Shown: positions 10,747 to 21,550, counted from the whole stretch's first letter. The stretch: 63,245 nt of DNA, filler included, from Candidatus Zapsychrus exili (GCA_030765585.1; 8 parts of 8 records of this genome joined end to end with filler, not necessarily neighbours in it), one strand, 5' to 3'. Numbers and translations are program-made. The notes: generated from the sequence alone by a model not told the origin.

Positions 10747-12009
10747 TTATTTAGCTCTTTCTTTGTCGGAAAATATTTTTATCTTTCCGTACTCTCCATC
10801 ATATCCTGCGTTTATTTCTATATCCTTGTTTCTTACTCGCCTTATTCCTTCGGCTATTAATGAACCTTGAGCTTTTTCAATTTCATTAATAGAGATATCC
10901 ATCAATATCCCCATCTCATTACCAAGCTTTGAAATCATATCCATATAAATTCTAAACACAACCTTACTATTTGGCCCAACACCTCTTGAGTCTGCAATTA
11001 TTTCAATCAAAGGAATCAGACTATAAAACTCTCGCCACCTTTTAGACTTTCGACCATCTTCATTATCCGCTAATTCCTCGACACGAGCCATAACACCAAC
11101 AGTTGCTGGTTTTTTACACACAGGACAAAGTCCTTTATTGCTTATAGTTTCTTTTGGATGAAGTCTACTCTTACACGATCTATGTCCGTCATAATGATAC
11201 TTGCCTTCCTCTGGAAAGAATTCTACTGTGCCAAGAAGTCCTTTATTATCCTTATCGCGTAGGGCATTATACATTTCTCTATACGAAAGCTTACAATCAA
11301 ATATATTTGATTCCCTCCCTAATTTCTGCGCAGAATGAGCATCAGAATTCGAAATAAGAGCATAGTCATCTAACTGACTTAATCGCCAATTCATCGGTGG
11401 ATCTGATGATAATCCTGTTTCGAGCGCAAAAATATGCTTGGTCAGCTCATCAAAACAATCCTCGACGCGATCAAATCCACTCTTTGAACCCATAATTGAA
11501 AACCACGGTGTCCAAATATGTGCAGGAACTAAAAAGCTATAATCATCTGACTCAAGAACAATTTCCAAAAGACTTTTTGAATCAAGCCCTAGTATCGGCC
11601 TTCCATCTGATATTATATTTCCTATTTGTCCTAACTTTACTTGTATTTTCTCTGCTGCCTCAAAACTTGGTGCGAAAATAATATTATGAACTTTCCTAAC
11701 CTTATCTAGCTTTTTATAAATATTAGAAATCTCGGCCGTCAACATAAAGCGTACATCAGTATGCAAAGCCTTAGGCAATCCCTTTTTGCTTAAAATATCT
11801 AACTCATCTCTTAATTTAAAAAGACCATCTTCGGCAGGTTCTAAATTTTCCTTAATCTCTTTTAACCAGCCAGGATGAGAGAAATCTCCTGTACCTATAA
11901 CTTTAATGCCCTTTATGCGAGCCCAATAGCTTAAATCTATTAGATTTAAATTTTTACTTGTAGCTCGAGAATAATGCGAATGAATGTGCAAATCTGCATA
12001 GAATTTCAT
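10747..12009 (-). CDS. Endonuclease Q family PHP-domain nuclease
   Basis: ADLHIHSHYSRATS, PAHIWTPWFS, ETGLSSDPPMN, NSDAHS, GKYHYDGHRSC and CPVC zinc site. Confidence 0.9.
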   Translation of the reverse strand: MKFYADLHIHSHYSRATSKNLNLIDLSYWARIKGIKVIGTGDFSHPGWLKEIKENLEPAEDGLFKLRDELDILSKKGLPKALHTDVRFMLTAEISNIYKKLDKVRKVHNIIFAPSFEAAEKIQVKLGQIGNIISDGRPILGLDSKSLLEIVLESDDYSFLVPAHIWTPWFSIMGSKSGFDRVEDCFDELTKHIFALETGLSSDPPMNWRLSQLDDYALISNSDAHSAQKLGRESNIFDCKLSYREMYNALRDKDNKGLLGTVEFFPEEGKYHYDGHRSCKSRLHPKETISNKGLCPVCKKPATVGVMARVEELADNEDGRKSKRWREFYSLIPLIEIIADSRGVGPNSKVVFRIYMDMISKLGNEMGILMDISINEIEKAQGSLIAEGIRRVRNKDIEINAGYDGEYGKIKIFSDKERAK

Positions 12010-12065
12010 AAATGAATCCTTACATTTATGAGCGCAAAAACGCGAATAAATATTAGGTTGAATTT

Positions 12066-12314
12066 ACCCCGTTAGATGATAATATATCGTCTAGCGGGGG
12101 TTATCCCACAAACACAAATGAGCTTTAAGCGAATGAGTACTGCGGGATTACACGTTAGTTAATTAAGGCGAGAGTAAGCAGTTTACTAGGTGCCAGACAC
12201 CTAAAAAAACCTACATGTGCTAAGCGCCTTAGCAAATAAGATCCCGACAAATCGTATACGCGCTTGTCGGGATAAATTCGGGCTTCAGCTTAAGCTCTCC
12301 CGATTTTATCGGGA
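12066..12314. repeat. Cluster of four short intergenic palindromes
   Basis: ACCCCGTTAGA..TCTAGCGGGG (12066-12099), TAGGTGCCAGACACCTA (12187-12203), ATCCCGACAA..TTGTCGGGAT (12241-12273), TCCCGATTTTATCGGGA (12298-12314). Confidence 0.65.
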
Positions 12315-12335
12315 TCGCATAAACTATGCCCTCAT

Positions 12336-12842
12336 TTACATCATTAATACTTTTGCGATAAAACCAACAATCTCTTGATCCGTAATGGAACCGACAACCT
12401 TACCTTCTTCATTTACCACTGGAATAAAAGCAATATGTTTCTTGCTCATATTGACAATAACTTCTGCAATTGAATCAGTTGACTTTAAAGTGAAAGGAGT
12501 TCTATACATAATATTTGCTAATATATAACTATCTAATGTATCTTTTTCGTAAAAGCTATCTCCGTCTATCAATATCCCAGGCTGATTTTCCATTTCTTCT
12601 TGCATAATCTTACGAGGAGATTGTGCCTTATACAAATATTTCCGACTTAAAATTCCAACCACATTTTTTGCGCTATCTACAACCACAAGGTGATTTATTT
12701 TATTGTTCATAAACTTAATCTGAGCAACGCTAAAATCTTCGCTCACACGAATAGTAACAACATTAATCTCCATCATGTTTTCTATTTTACTTCTTTCGAA
12801 AAGAGCCTTTAACTGCGTGATTCCTGTATGTTTTTCAGTCAT
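12336..12842 (-). CDS. CBS-domain pair protein
   Basis: Two CBS motifs (HLVVVD..VVGILS; FIPVVNEEGKVVGSITDQEI). AGGAG RBS supports the start at 12842. Confidence 0.85.
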   Translation of the reverse strand: MTEKHTGITQLKALFERSKIENMMEINVVTIRVSEDFSVAQIKFMNNKINHLVVVDSAKNVVGILSRKYLYKAQSPRKIMQEEMENQPGILIDGDSFYEKDTLDSYILANIMYRTPFTLKSTDSIAEVIVNMSKKHIAFIPVVNEEGKVVGSITDQEIVGFIAKVLMM

Positions 12843-12872
12843 GCTTATAACTCCTGTTTGCATGTTAACGTT

Positions 12873-13223
12873 TTATTTAAGATCAACAAGCCTATTAAGA
12901 TACTGCTTTAAATCACAATTCATTTTTGTAAAATAAACAGCAAATCCTTTTCCAGGATAAATACGAGAGATGCAAGCCATTCCCTTAATTACTTTTTCAT
13001 CGCTACTATCTGTATATATAGTAAAACCAATCTCATCGTTTGTATTTAAATAAAGACCAGTATTCATCACAATAAATGCGCCCTTAGTTGAAATATCTCT
13101 TAACTTTCCCTCCAAAGATAGCTGTGCTCCAATATTAATTTGAATAGGAAATTCTATTTTAAAACGTTGATGCTGCCTTTTTTCATGCAAACCTTTTGCA
13201 TTTACCATATTTAAGCCCTTCAA
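12873..13223 (-). CDS. PilZ-domain c-di-GMP receptor
   Basis: EKRQHQR (RxxxR) and DISTKG (DxSxxG) motifs. Confidence 0.85.
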   Translation of the reverse strand: MKGLNMVNAKGLHEKRQHQRFKIEFPIQINIGAQLSLEGKLRDISTKGAFIVMNTGLYLNTNDEIGFTIYTDSSDEKVIKGMACISRIYPGKGFAVYFTKMNCDLKQYLNRLVDLK

Positions 13224-13265
13224 TATACAGAATTAATTTACAATATTACTTATAATGATATAGTT

Positions 13266-13976
13266 TTAAAGAACATTAATCAAATAATTTCTTAAAAGTA
13301 TAAAAACTACAAAAGATGCAATATTTATAACAAAACCTGTCCGCATTTTACGTCTATCTTCACTTGATAACATATACACAACTATTGCAATAGATAAAAA
13401 TCCAAATAAATGTGCTATATGGCTTACTCCATCAGACTCTCCGCTTAGAAACCCTACTAAGTCAGCATAAATAAACATCCACCCCTTTATCATTATCGGA
13501 ATAGGCAATATCATCTCATACGTAATGCAAAACGGTTCTAACAACATTGCTGCAGAAATTATACCCATAACAGCACCTGACGCGCCAATAATTATCATAT
13601 TTTTCTTTAAAAAGAAGAAATAAACAATGCAAGAAAATATCATAGATACACTAAGAGATCCAAAATATATTAAAATTGTTTTAAAGATACCTAAATGTTT
13701 TTCAACTATCCAAGTAAAAACAAAAACCGCTAACATATTAAGCAATAAATGCGACCATTCAAGATGAACAAACCCCGATGTTATAAAACAAAGATAGTTC
13801 CCCTTCATTACATTTAAAGGATGAAATATAAAGGCTTGAAAATATTGTTCTTTATTAGGTGAGTTTTTAAGTAAGAAAAATACCACTGAATTTAAAAGGA
13901 TTAAAAAAAGTGCGACTTTAGAGCGAAAGATAAAATTCCAAAAACCTTCTATTTTTATTTCTTTGTTATTAGGCAT
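13266..13976 (-). CDS. Rhomboid intramembrane serine protease
   Basis: HLLLNM, GASGAVMG (catalytic Ser), SHIAHLFG (catalytic His). Confidence 0.92.
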   Translation of the reverse strand: MPNNKEIKIEGFWNFIFRSKVALFLILLNSVVFFLLKNSPNKEQYFQAFIFHPLNVMKGNYLCFITSGFVHLEWSHLLLNMLAVFVFTWIVEKHLGIFKTILIYFGSLSVSMIFSCIVYFFFLKKNMIIIGASGAVMGIISAAMLLEPFCITYEMILPIPIMIKGWMFIYADLVGFLSGESDGVSHIAHLFGFLSIAIVVYMLSSEDRRKMRTGFVINIASFVVFILLRNYLINVL

Positions 13977-14032
13977 AGTAAAAATTGTACTATTCTATGA
14001 GCAAAGGTTCAAGTGGTAATACAAAAACTAAT

Positions 14033-14107
14033 TGTCATTCCTGTGAAGACAGGAATCTCCTTTATTAGTGAGATTCCGGTATTTTACTAACAAAAACCGG
14101 AATGACA
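14033..14107. repeat. TGTCATTCC...GGAATGACA REP-like composite palindrome
   Basis: Terminal inverted repeat TGTCATTCC/GGAATGACA enclosing internal hairpins; a related half element lies at 28690-28724. Confidence 0.7.
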
Positions 14108-14118
14108 ACATTAAACAT

Positions 14119-14154
14119 AAAAAAGACTGATTCGTCTAAACGAACCAGTCTTTT
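14119..14154 (-). terminator. Intrinsic terminator downstream of giant-protein gene
   Basis: AAAAGACTGATTCG-loop-CGAACCAGTCTTTT hairpin with A/T tracts. Confidence 0.7.
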
Positions 14155-14170
14155 CATAACTATTTAAGTC

Positions 14171-16610
14171 TTACGCTTCCTCTGCTGGTTCTAACTCTTT
14201 ACCAAGACTTAACTCTTGTGTTTCGTTCTCCTCTTCATCATCAGCTCCCATTCCCAAAAGTAGCGGGAAATTTGTTATAGGAGTGATATTTATAATAACA
14301 GGTATAAACCCTTCAATTTTCATTGTTTCAATTACCTGCATATCAAGTGGTAATGGAACGCCTGCACCATCGCGTTTAATTTGCATATCCAAATAAGCTG
14401 GATTAAGATCAATACCACCAGTTGCAGTTTCACTTATCATTGCTTTATCAGATTTAACATCTTTAAGCTCTTTAAGTATTGCATCTTTTATAGCATCCCA
14501 ATTATAATACTTATCTATAGATTTAGGCAGCTTAACAGAAAATGTTTTGTCTTCTGACCCACTATATTTAAACAAAAGAGCAGTACGATCTTGATCTTCT
14601 ATTATAGCGTAATATGAAGAGGTGTGATTTCTATCAATATTAAGATCAACAAAAGATCCATTAATTTCGAAACTATCTATTTCTTCAATAACTTCCTTAG
14701 CAGTCTTTAGCGAAACATTGCTAATTGGTTCAATAATAACTCTGTCTTCTGCTAAAATACTATCGTAAGACACTGTTCTTTCATACGCTTCTTTAACGAC
14801 TTTATTTATTCCTCTATCCCTCCTACCAGACCTGTTCTCCAAAGAAACTACATATAAACTACCACTACCCGGTTTTAAACTTAAAGAAATGCTAACGTCT
14901 AAATCTAGTAACTCGATCTCAACAGATTCCAATACTTTACTGTTAAGACTTGCCATATACTTTTCAAAATTCTTTAAACCAGATATGTTGGTAAAATTAG
15001 CCCTAAACCCTATCTTTGTCGATTCAATATTAAGCCTATTTGCAATAATTCTAAGAAAGTCTAAAACATTGTCTCTTGATACAACATAATCATCATTTTT
15101 ATTGTTTTCTTCTCTTAGCTTTACAAAAGTCTTTGGAGCTCCATATAAAACATATTTTGTACTCGTATCTCTAGGACTACCCACAAGAAACCTGAAATAG
15201 AGATTTTCATAATTCTTAACAATATAATGATACGAATAACGATTGCTCAATTCTAAAAAACTTCCATCTGAGAATTCAAAAGCTATATCACCCTTTAAAT
15301 ATCGTTCTTTATTTTTTAAAAATGAATAAAACCTATCTACGCCTTTAAAACCATCAACATCAACACTTATCTTTCCGCCAGCTTTAGCTGTAAACGTTAC
15401 AGTCTTAACTTTCTTCTGTTGAAATTTGCTAAATTCTTCATCAACTATCTTAAACAATTCTACAATCTGCTCTTTTTCAGAATCAATAGAGGGCACTTGC
15501 ATCAAATTAATATTAACAACTTGATCTGCAGATAAAAGTTTCCAAGGAGAGCGTTTATCTTCACGATTAAAGAAATAAGATATGGATCCTGATAAATTTC
15601 TCAACAAAAATTTATTATCATCCATTTTTATAAGCTCATCATTAAGAGGATCCTCCCAATAAACCCCAAAAGAACCAAGAGAATTTCTTTTCTGCACATA
15701 AGAATCCTTCTCAAAAACTTCTAATACTCCACGGCGGGCAGTATCCGCTTTACGACCTAAAGGAATACTTTCTGAAAGAATATCATTAATTTTAAGAAGT
15801 TCATCTTCTGTTAAATTTCCCCATCCTTCTTTTTGCACCAGCATTGCTTCGTCTTCTACGCCATAATCTATTTTTTCTTGAATATCATCAAGAATTATTT
15901 GAGCTGCTTTAGGTGTGATTCCTACCGCAGAAGCTAATTTATCACTCGTAGTTATTTTGAAACGTCTTGCATTTTCAGACATAAAATAATTAATTATTAT
16001 TTCTTTCGCAGTTTCATTAAGCCCCACATTAACCTTATTGTCTTTTAAGACATCCCCTGCATACAAAAGTAGATTTTCTTCTGTCAGCATTGCTTGGTCT
16101 TCCTTGCCTTCTTGAACAAAACCTTCACGCTTAAAAGATTTTATTGCAACGCTTTTTAGACTCTTTGAACCAGACGCACCAACTTTAAAAGTTTTTATAC
16201 CGTCTTTTTGAAATTTCACCTCAATTCCCATGCCATCTGAATAGGAAATCTTAACCCAGTCAAAACTTCTATCAAAAATGACGTCTCCTTTTTTTCCTCT
16301 AAGATTTTCATCGGTTAAATTAAAACCTAAATTCTTGGCTTTATCGCCTTCAACAAAAATAGTCTGACCAGCTATTGGTTTTACTCTTAATTTAGTAACA
16401 TTGCTTTTATTAGAAAAATGCATTGCTTTGTTCAATGCCATTCTTTCATTCCAAAAGATTCGACCGCTTGTTTGAGCATACTCATCTAAAGCTTCTTGAA
16501 AAAATACATAGACTTCTCTTAATCCTTGAATTTCTTTTACTTTTAATAAGTATGAGTTTGGATTTTCTGCTCTTGCTTTTATAGCAGCAAGTATATCAGG
16601 ATCATCCATA
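14171..16610 (-). CDS. C-terminal part of an Omnitrophota-type giant modular protein (5' truncated by contig end)
   Basis: Open to the contig edge; DQAML/DEAML/DKAMI linkers; C-terminal GGIDLNP...IKRDGAGVPLP...IEGFIPVIINITP motif that I recognise from Omnitrophota large proteins. Confidence 0.75.
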
Positions 16611-16710
16611 NNNNNNNNNNNNNNNNNNNNNNNNNNNNNNNNNNNNNNNNNNNNTTAATTAATTAANNNNNNNNNNNNNNNNNNNNNNNNNNNNNNNNNN
16701 NNNNNNNNNN
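16611..16710. other. Artificial contig linker
   Basis: N44-TTAATTAATTAA-N44 (stops in six frames). Confidence 0.99.
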
Positions 16711-17516
16711 GCTCCCAGGTGACTATCACAAACTCGACTGCAACAGCAAACCTTTTGGTGAATAGTGATGTAACAAATCCTAAAATAGATGCAAGCTCTT
16801 TTATCTCTGGAGGAACAGGAACATTGCCTGAAATTAATGTCACTTCAAATAATACTAATAATACAACCATGGCAATACCTGCTTCTACAGTAGTTAGTAG
16901 CACAGATACAGCTTGGGATGGGGTTATCGCATTACCGACGGTTGTTAATTCAGTGACTCTCCCTGAAACTCCCGGTCAAACTAAAACATTCGTTACCGGA
17001 ATAGAAGTCGGATTTACTGGAGGAAAACTTTCTTTTGATAAGGCAGTTAGAATTTTACTTGTAGGACAAGCTGGTAACAGAGCTGGTTATGTTAGAACAG
17101 GAACAGCTTTCACAGAAATAACAGCTGTTTGTGAAGCTGATAGCCAAACAGCAGGAAATGCTTTAGCGATAGATGGTGAATGTAAAATAGATACAGATGT
17201 TGGTTCCGATTTAGTAATTTGGACTAAGCACTTTACTAGTTTCGCAACCTATACACAGGTCGCCACTGCAACGTCACCCTCAACTGGGAGTTCCCCATCC
17301 AGTAGTTCTCCATCACCGGGAGGGAATGGAATGCCATATTCACCTACCATAAAGAAAAAGGGAGATGCCAATAGTGATAATAAAGTAGACATCTTTGATT
17401 TTAATACTCTGATGATCAACTGGGGAAAAACGGGAAGCAATTTAAATGATTTTAACAGCGACAATAAAGTAGACATCTTTGATTTTAATTTATTAATGGT
17501 TAACTGGGGTAAATAA
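16711..17516 (+). CDS. Surface protein with C-terminal dockerin type I repeats (5' truncated)
   Basis: Ser/Pro linker followed by duplicated D(A/F)NSDNKVDIFDFNxLMxNWG EF-hand-like repeats; VIWTKHFTSFA motif. Confidence 0.8.
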
Positions 17517-17520
17517 AATT

Positions 17521-18300
17521 ATGAACAAGTTTATAAAATTTTTGATAATAGTAACAATGGTGGCTCCGACAGCCTTATTCGCTGCTGGGCTTTCCTTAAC
17601 TCCATCTGTAGGAGAATATACAGAAGGACAAACTTATAGCTTGTCTGTATTTGCTGATCCAGAAAGTACAACTGTTTACACAGTTAAAGCTGATCTTAAA
17701 TATCCTAGTGATCTGTTAGAGGTTAAATCTTTTAATTTTAATAGTAGTTGGATGCCAATCAGCCAACCTGGCTATGATTCTATTGATAACTTGAGTGGAA
17801 CTTTAATAAAATCAGGAGGTTACCCCGGAGGTCTTTCTAATAGGGTTTTATTAGGAACAATTTCTTTTTATGCAAAAAAATCTGGATTGGCTATAATAGA
17901 AGTAACTGATGATTCTATGATTTTAGATGAAACTAGTCAGGATACTTTTAGCGGTGTTTCAAAAGGAATCTTTACTATTAAAGCAAAACCAGTATTCGTT
18001 CCTGCTCCTGTAATTGAAAACACATCTACACCTGTGCCTGAAGTTATAAATAAAAAAGAAATTGTGAAAGAAGAAATTCCTGTTGTTGAAGAAGATACAG
18101 GAATAACAGAAGACGTTACTGGAGAAGAAAATATCGAAGATACTGAAACAGATAATAAGGAAAACTTAGCTTCAATAATTGAGGCTGATGAGAATTTCTT
18201 CTCCTTCAAACCTTTAGGTTACGCTTTGATTTTACTAGTAGTATTTGTAGCTGGTTTGTTAATAGGAAGGAAAACTTCTTTATTTAAAGATTTTATTTAA
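17521..18300 (+). CDS. Cohesin-like domain protein with signal peptide and C-terminal TM anchor
   Basis: Signal peptide; VYTVKADLKYPSDLLEV..GGYPGG..LLGTISF beta-sandwich pattern; acidic linker; TM helix. Confidence 0.7.
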   Translation: MNKFIKFLIIVTMVAPTALFAAGLSLTPSVGEYTEGQTYSLSVFADPESTTVYTVKADLKYPSDLLEVKSFNFNSSWMPISQPGYDSIDNLSGTLIKSGGYPGGLSNRVLLGTISFYAKKSGLAIIEVTDDSMILDETSQDTFSGVSKGIFTIKAKPVFVPAPVIENTSTPVPEVINKKEIVKEEIPVVEEDTGITEDVTGEENIEDTETDNKENLASIIEADENFFSFKPLGYALILLVVFVAGLLIGRKTSLFKDFI

Positions 18301-18315
18301 AATACTTACGCAAAT

Positions 18316-19461
18316 ATGAAAAAAATTATTTTAGCTACTTTATTAATTATTTTTATTACCCCAGCGGTTGTTCTGGCTTCATGGTGGAATCCCATTTCAT
18401 GGTTTGCAAATGAGGTAAAGACTGAAATACTAGTGGAAACTTCTAGTTCTACTTCTACTGTTATTCCAGAGATAGAAGAGAAGTCCTCCTGGTGGGGTTC
18501 TTTTCCCTGGTCTAAAAAGGAAATTTTTGTTAAGCAGGAAAACATAACAAAAGACATTGTTTCTGAGCAAGAGGGTAAGAATATTGAAACAAAAACTCAA
18601 AATACTGAAAATGAGAAAACTCAATTAGAACTAGAAATTGCTAAAGCAAAAGCTGAAGCGGAAAAATATAAACTGGAGGTAGAAAAAACAAGATTAGAAG
18701 AAATGGAGAGGGCAAAACAAGCAAATGCAATTAGAGTAGAGACACGGGCTCAAGTTGAAGTAAAAGAAGAAGAAAATAAAAACACAACAGGAGTCCTACC
18801 AAGTGACTCAATTGTAGAAATAAATGAAGAAACAGAAGATGACAGAAGATCAAAAGAGATAGAAGCACTTGCTTCAAATAAGTCTGTAATAGCAATCGAT
18901 GATTTTTTAGGAAATCCGAACTTAGAAACTTTAAAAGTGTTTTGTAAAAAAGCCAAAACTCTTGACGGTACATCCATAATAGAAAAACTTAATGAAGATA
19001 GAACAATCATCGTTAAAAGCCCAGTAACCCTTTATGACGAGATGGAAAGTTTATGTGATATTGCTTTGAATGTGACGAAAGAATACTCAGAACATGGATC
19101 CAGAAAAGGAGAGACATATTTAGTAGGTGATCGGTTTGAGTGGTCAAAATATAATGATAACATGTTGTTAAAATTTTCTGATGGTGAAGACGATGACATA
19201 AGAATCGCAAAAATAGAATATAATACTGCAATTCAAGAACTTAAAGACTATAATCTTTTTGCTTACCATAAAAACCTTGGTCATGTTAGAGAAAAAGGCA
19301 TTTCGATAGAAAATGTCGCTTATGATATATTGGAATATCGTGATGAGGTAAATGTATCGTCGAAAGGCGCGCTAGGGCTTTTGAAGTATTTACATGAAAA
19401 TATCGTTATTCCAGAAGAATGGTTTCGTCTTCGAAGAGAACAATTCCGTGATAACCTTTAG
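18316..19461 (+). CDS. Secreted coiled-coil hypothetical protein (ASWWNPxSW N-terminus)
   Basis: Signal peptide followed by LASWWNPISWF, a pattern common in Parcubacteria proteins; coiled-coil region. Confidence 0.7.
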   Translation: MKKIILATLLIIFITPAVVLASWWNPISWFANEVKTEILVETSSSTSTVIPEIEEKSSWWGSFPWSKKEIFVKQENITKDIVSEQEGKNIETKTQNTENEKTQLELEIAKAKAEAEKYKLEVEKTRLEEMERAKQANAIRVETRAQVEVKEEENKNTTGVLPSDSIVEINEETEDDRRSKEIEALASNKSVIAIDDFLGNPNLETLKVFCKKAKTLDGTSIIEKLNEDRTIIVKSPVTLYDEMESLCDIALNVTKEYSEHGSRKGETYLVGDRFEWSKYNDNMLLKFSDGEDDDIRIAKIEYNTAIQELKDYNLFAYHKNLGHVREKGISIENVAYDILEYRDEVNVSSKGALGLLKYLHENIVIPEEWFRLRREQFRDNL

Positions 19462-19933
19462 CAAGGTGAAATTTGCATTTAGATTTGTGGCGACATAAAG
19501 GTTGGCTTGAATTAACCTCTGAGATGCAACTTGTAAACTTGGTGTGGTGTTAAGTAATTTAGGCGTTTGCGAGGTCTGTTATTCAACCTTCTAACGGCTC
19601 GTTGTACGTCTTTGTCTGTAATTGTAGCAAAACTATTGAAAATTTTGAACCAACGAAAGAACAGCTGGTAGAAATAATGAATAGTAATAAAACCTTTAGA
19701 GGTTGTGTTTGGGCTGGAAAAGATAATTTTGATGAAGAAAATAAATGTGAGGACCGAGAATATAAGGTATCTGATTTTGATATTCTAGAATAACATAGAG
19801 GAGGTACCACTACTTATTTGACAGAAAGATGCCGGGGGCATAAGGAAGGGGTACCCCCTTCTGTCTTCATGGCGATTTTTGCTTAACCATGCTATATTTT
19901 TGTTTATTAGCTTCTTTAAATAAGTATAGTAAT

Positions 19934-20137
19934 ATGAAAAATATCATTAAAATAATAACAGATAATTTAATCTTATTAGTTGGCGTCATATTTTTTACCT
20001 ATAATTTTTTTAAATTTATTATAATAATAATCAATCCTAGTAGAAGTTATCCTATTCCAGACCTCCCTAGTGTTTTAATTTATTTAACGGTTAGTGTAGT
20101 TTTAATAGTTTTGGGAATGTTAATAATAAAGAAATAA
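19934..20137 (+). CDS. Small two-TM hypothetical protein
   Basis: Two hydrophobic helices; second ATG of ORF 19889..20137 used. Confidence 0.5.
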   Translation: MKNIIKIITDNLILLVGVIFFTYNFFKFIIIIINPSRSYPIPDLPSVLIYLTVSVVLIVLGMLIIKK

Positions 20138-20416
20138 TTTATTATAATGGGGATTTTGAAAAATTACGATACTGACGATACTTTTATTAAATTAATGTCA
20201 GTAGATGCACGACTTCCTTCATTGTTGTATCTATATCTCCTACAGCTTCACGCCAAATAACAGTTCGGAGTCCATCCTGCCAAGCCGAGATTAAATTATC
20301 TATTTCTTATTTCCAAATATTACATAGACAACTCCGTAATAATAAATGAATTGTAAAAGAAGGCTTAATAGATAAGTTGATACTAAGGAAACAAGGATCG
20401 CCTCTAGGAAGAAATA

Positions 20417-20516
20417 NNNNNNNNNNNNNNNNNNNNNNNNNNNNNNNNNNNNNNNNNNNNTTAATTAATTAANNNNNNNNNNNNNNNNNNNNNNNNNNNN
20501 NNNNNNNNNNNNNNNN
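20417..20516. other. Artificial contig linker
   Basis: N44-TTAATTAATTAA-N44. Confidence 0.99.
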
Positions 20517-20630
20517 AATAGAATAAATAGATTGATTCAATATGGCTGATATGGTAATATTAAAGCCTGAATTAAGCAGCCTTGGCAAGCAACAGCCGAA
20601 GCTGCTTTTTTGTTTGAAAGAGGGGTAGAG
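20517..20630 (+). repeat. Repeat unit copy 1: sigma70 promoter, GC hairpin, U-tract
   Basis: TTGATT(20532)-17 bp-TAATAT(20555); hairpin AAGCAGCCTTGGC..GCCGAAGCTGCTT; TTTTTTGTTTGAAAGAG. Near-identical to 21778-21914. Confidence 0.8.
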
Positions 20631-20773
20631 CGGACCAGATTTATTAAAAAAAATGTAAGATTCACAAAAATTCATGCTCTGGGGCGCTCCTTTAGGACCG
20701 TCCCCATTTATACTGCATTTCCTGCGTAACTTGTTGCATAATAAGTAGTAACGTAAAGCGTCTATAATAAAGT

Positions 20774-20803
20774 GAAGCTGCTTTTTTGTTTGAAAGAGAG
20801 GGG
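20774..20803 (+). repeat. Repeat unit partial copy 2 (3' half)
   Basis: GAAGCTGCTTTTTTGTTTGAAAGAGAGGGG. Confidence 0.8.
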
Positions 20804-20820
20804 CATGAAAAAGCATAAAT

Positions 20821-21462
20821 ATGAATAGCCTTTTGCCAATATCCTTTATTCAATTATTAGCTGGAACCTTATGCATTATAGCAGCTTTTTTTGCTTTTCT
20901 TTCATTGATGCCGTTTTTCCGCACACATGCTTTGCGCTTATCTGCTATCGTTTTTATAACGTCACTATCATTATTTTCCAATAGTGCTTGGAATTATTTC
21001 GCAGCAGTATTTATTATTGCTACCGCTGTAACTGAAATTGAATTCCTTCAAAATCTTGCAGCGATAATAAGGGGCGACAAAAACTATTTTGCCTACAAGC
21101 AGGCCATAGCGGGCGAAATTAATCCATCTCAGATAGATAAAGAACCAGCAACAAAAAGCCCCATGGAAAACAAAATACTAAATACTTTATGGACAAAGCA
21201 GGTTAATAAATTTCAAGACTTATCAACGTTATTTACCTTCAAAGTATTTCCTAATTCTCAAGAATTCGTTGATTTTCGAGTAGCAGGAGCAAAATTAATT
21301 GGCGAGGAGTTAATAGGTGAAACTCCTAATGATGGTAATTATCATTTAACACCAAAAGGTTATGATTATTGCAAGATTCACTACAGAGAATTTGGTTCTG
21401 ATCAATGGTGGCCAGAAGAAGCTCTAGACCAAGAAAAATTAAAAAAGGTATTGGGTGAATAG
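20821..21462 (+). CDS. Membrane protein with possible C-terminal winged-helix
   Basis: N-terminal TM helices; LIGE..YHLTPKGYDY wing-like pattern. Confidence 0.65.
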   Translation: MNSLLPISFIQLLAGTLCIIAAFFAFLSLMPFFRTHALRLSAIVFITSLSLFSNSAWNYFAAVFIIATAVTEIEFLQNLAAIIRGDKNYFAYKQAIAGEINPSQIDKEPATKSPMENKILNTLWTKQVNKFQDLSTLFTFKVFPNSQEFVDFRVAGAKLIGEELIGETPNDGNYHLTPKGYDYCKIHYREFGSDQWWPEEALDQEKLKKVLGE

Positions 21463-21547
21463 TTTTGATGGGAGACCAAAGCTGCTTTTTTGTTTGGAAG
21501 AGGGGTAGAGAGGGGTAACGCATGAACAAAATCACTCTGACCCCTTT
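21461..21547 (+). repeat. Repeat unit copy 3 (hairpin, U-tract, TCACTCTGACCCC)
   Basis: AGTTTTGATGGGAGACCAAAGCTGCTTTTTTGTTTGGAAGAGGGGTAGAG...AAAATCACTCTGACCCCTTT. Confidence 0.8.
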
Positions 21548-21550
21548 TAG

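Noticed and set aside
19462..19810. Cys-rich short ORFs after the ASWWNP gene
   Set aside because: No clear start or RBS and upstream in-frame stops; possibly a decayed gene but unassignable.
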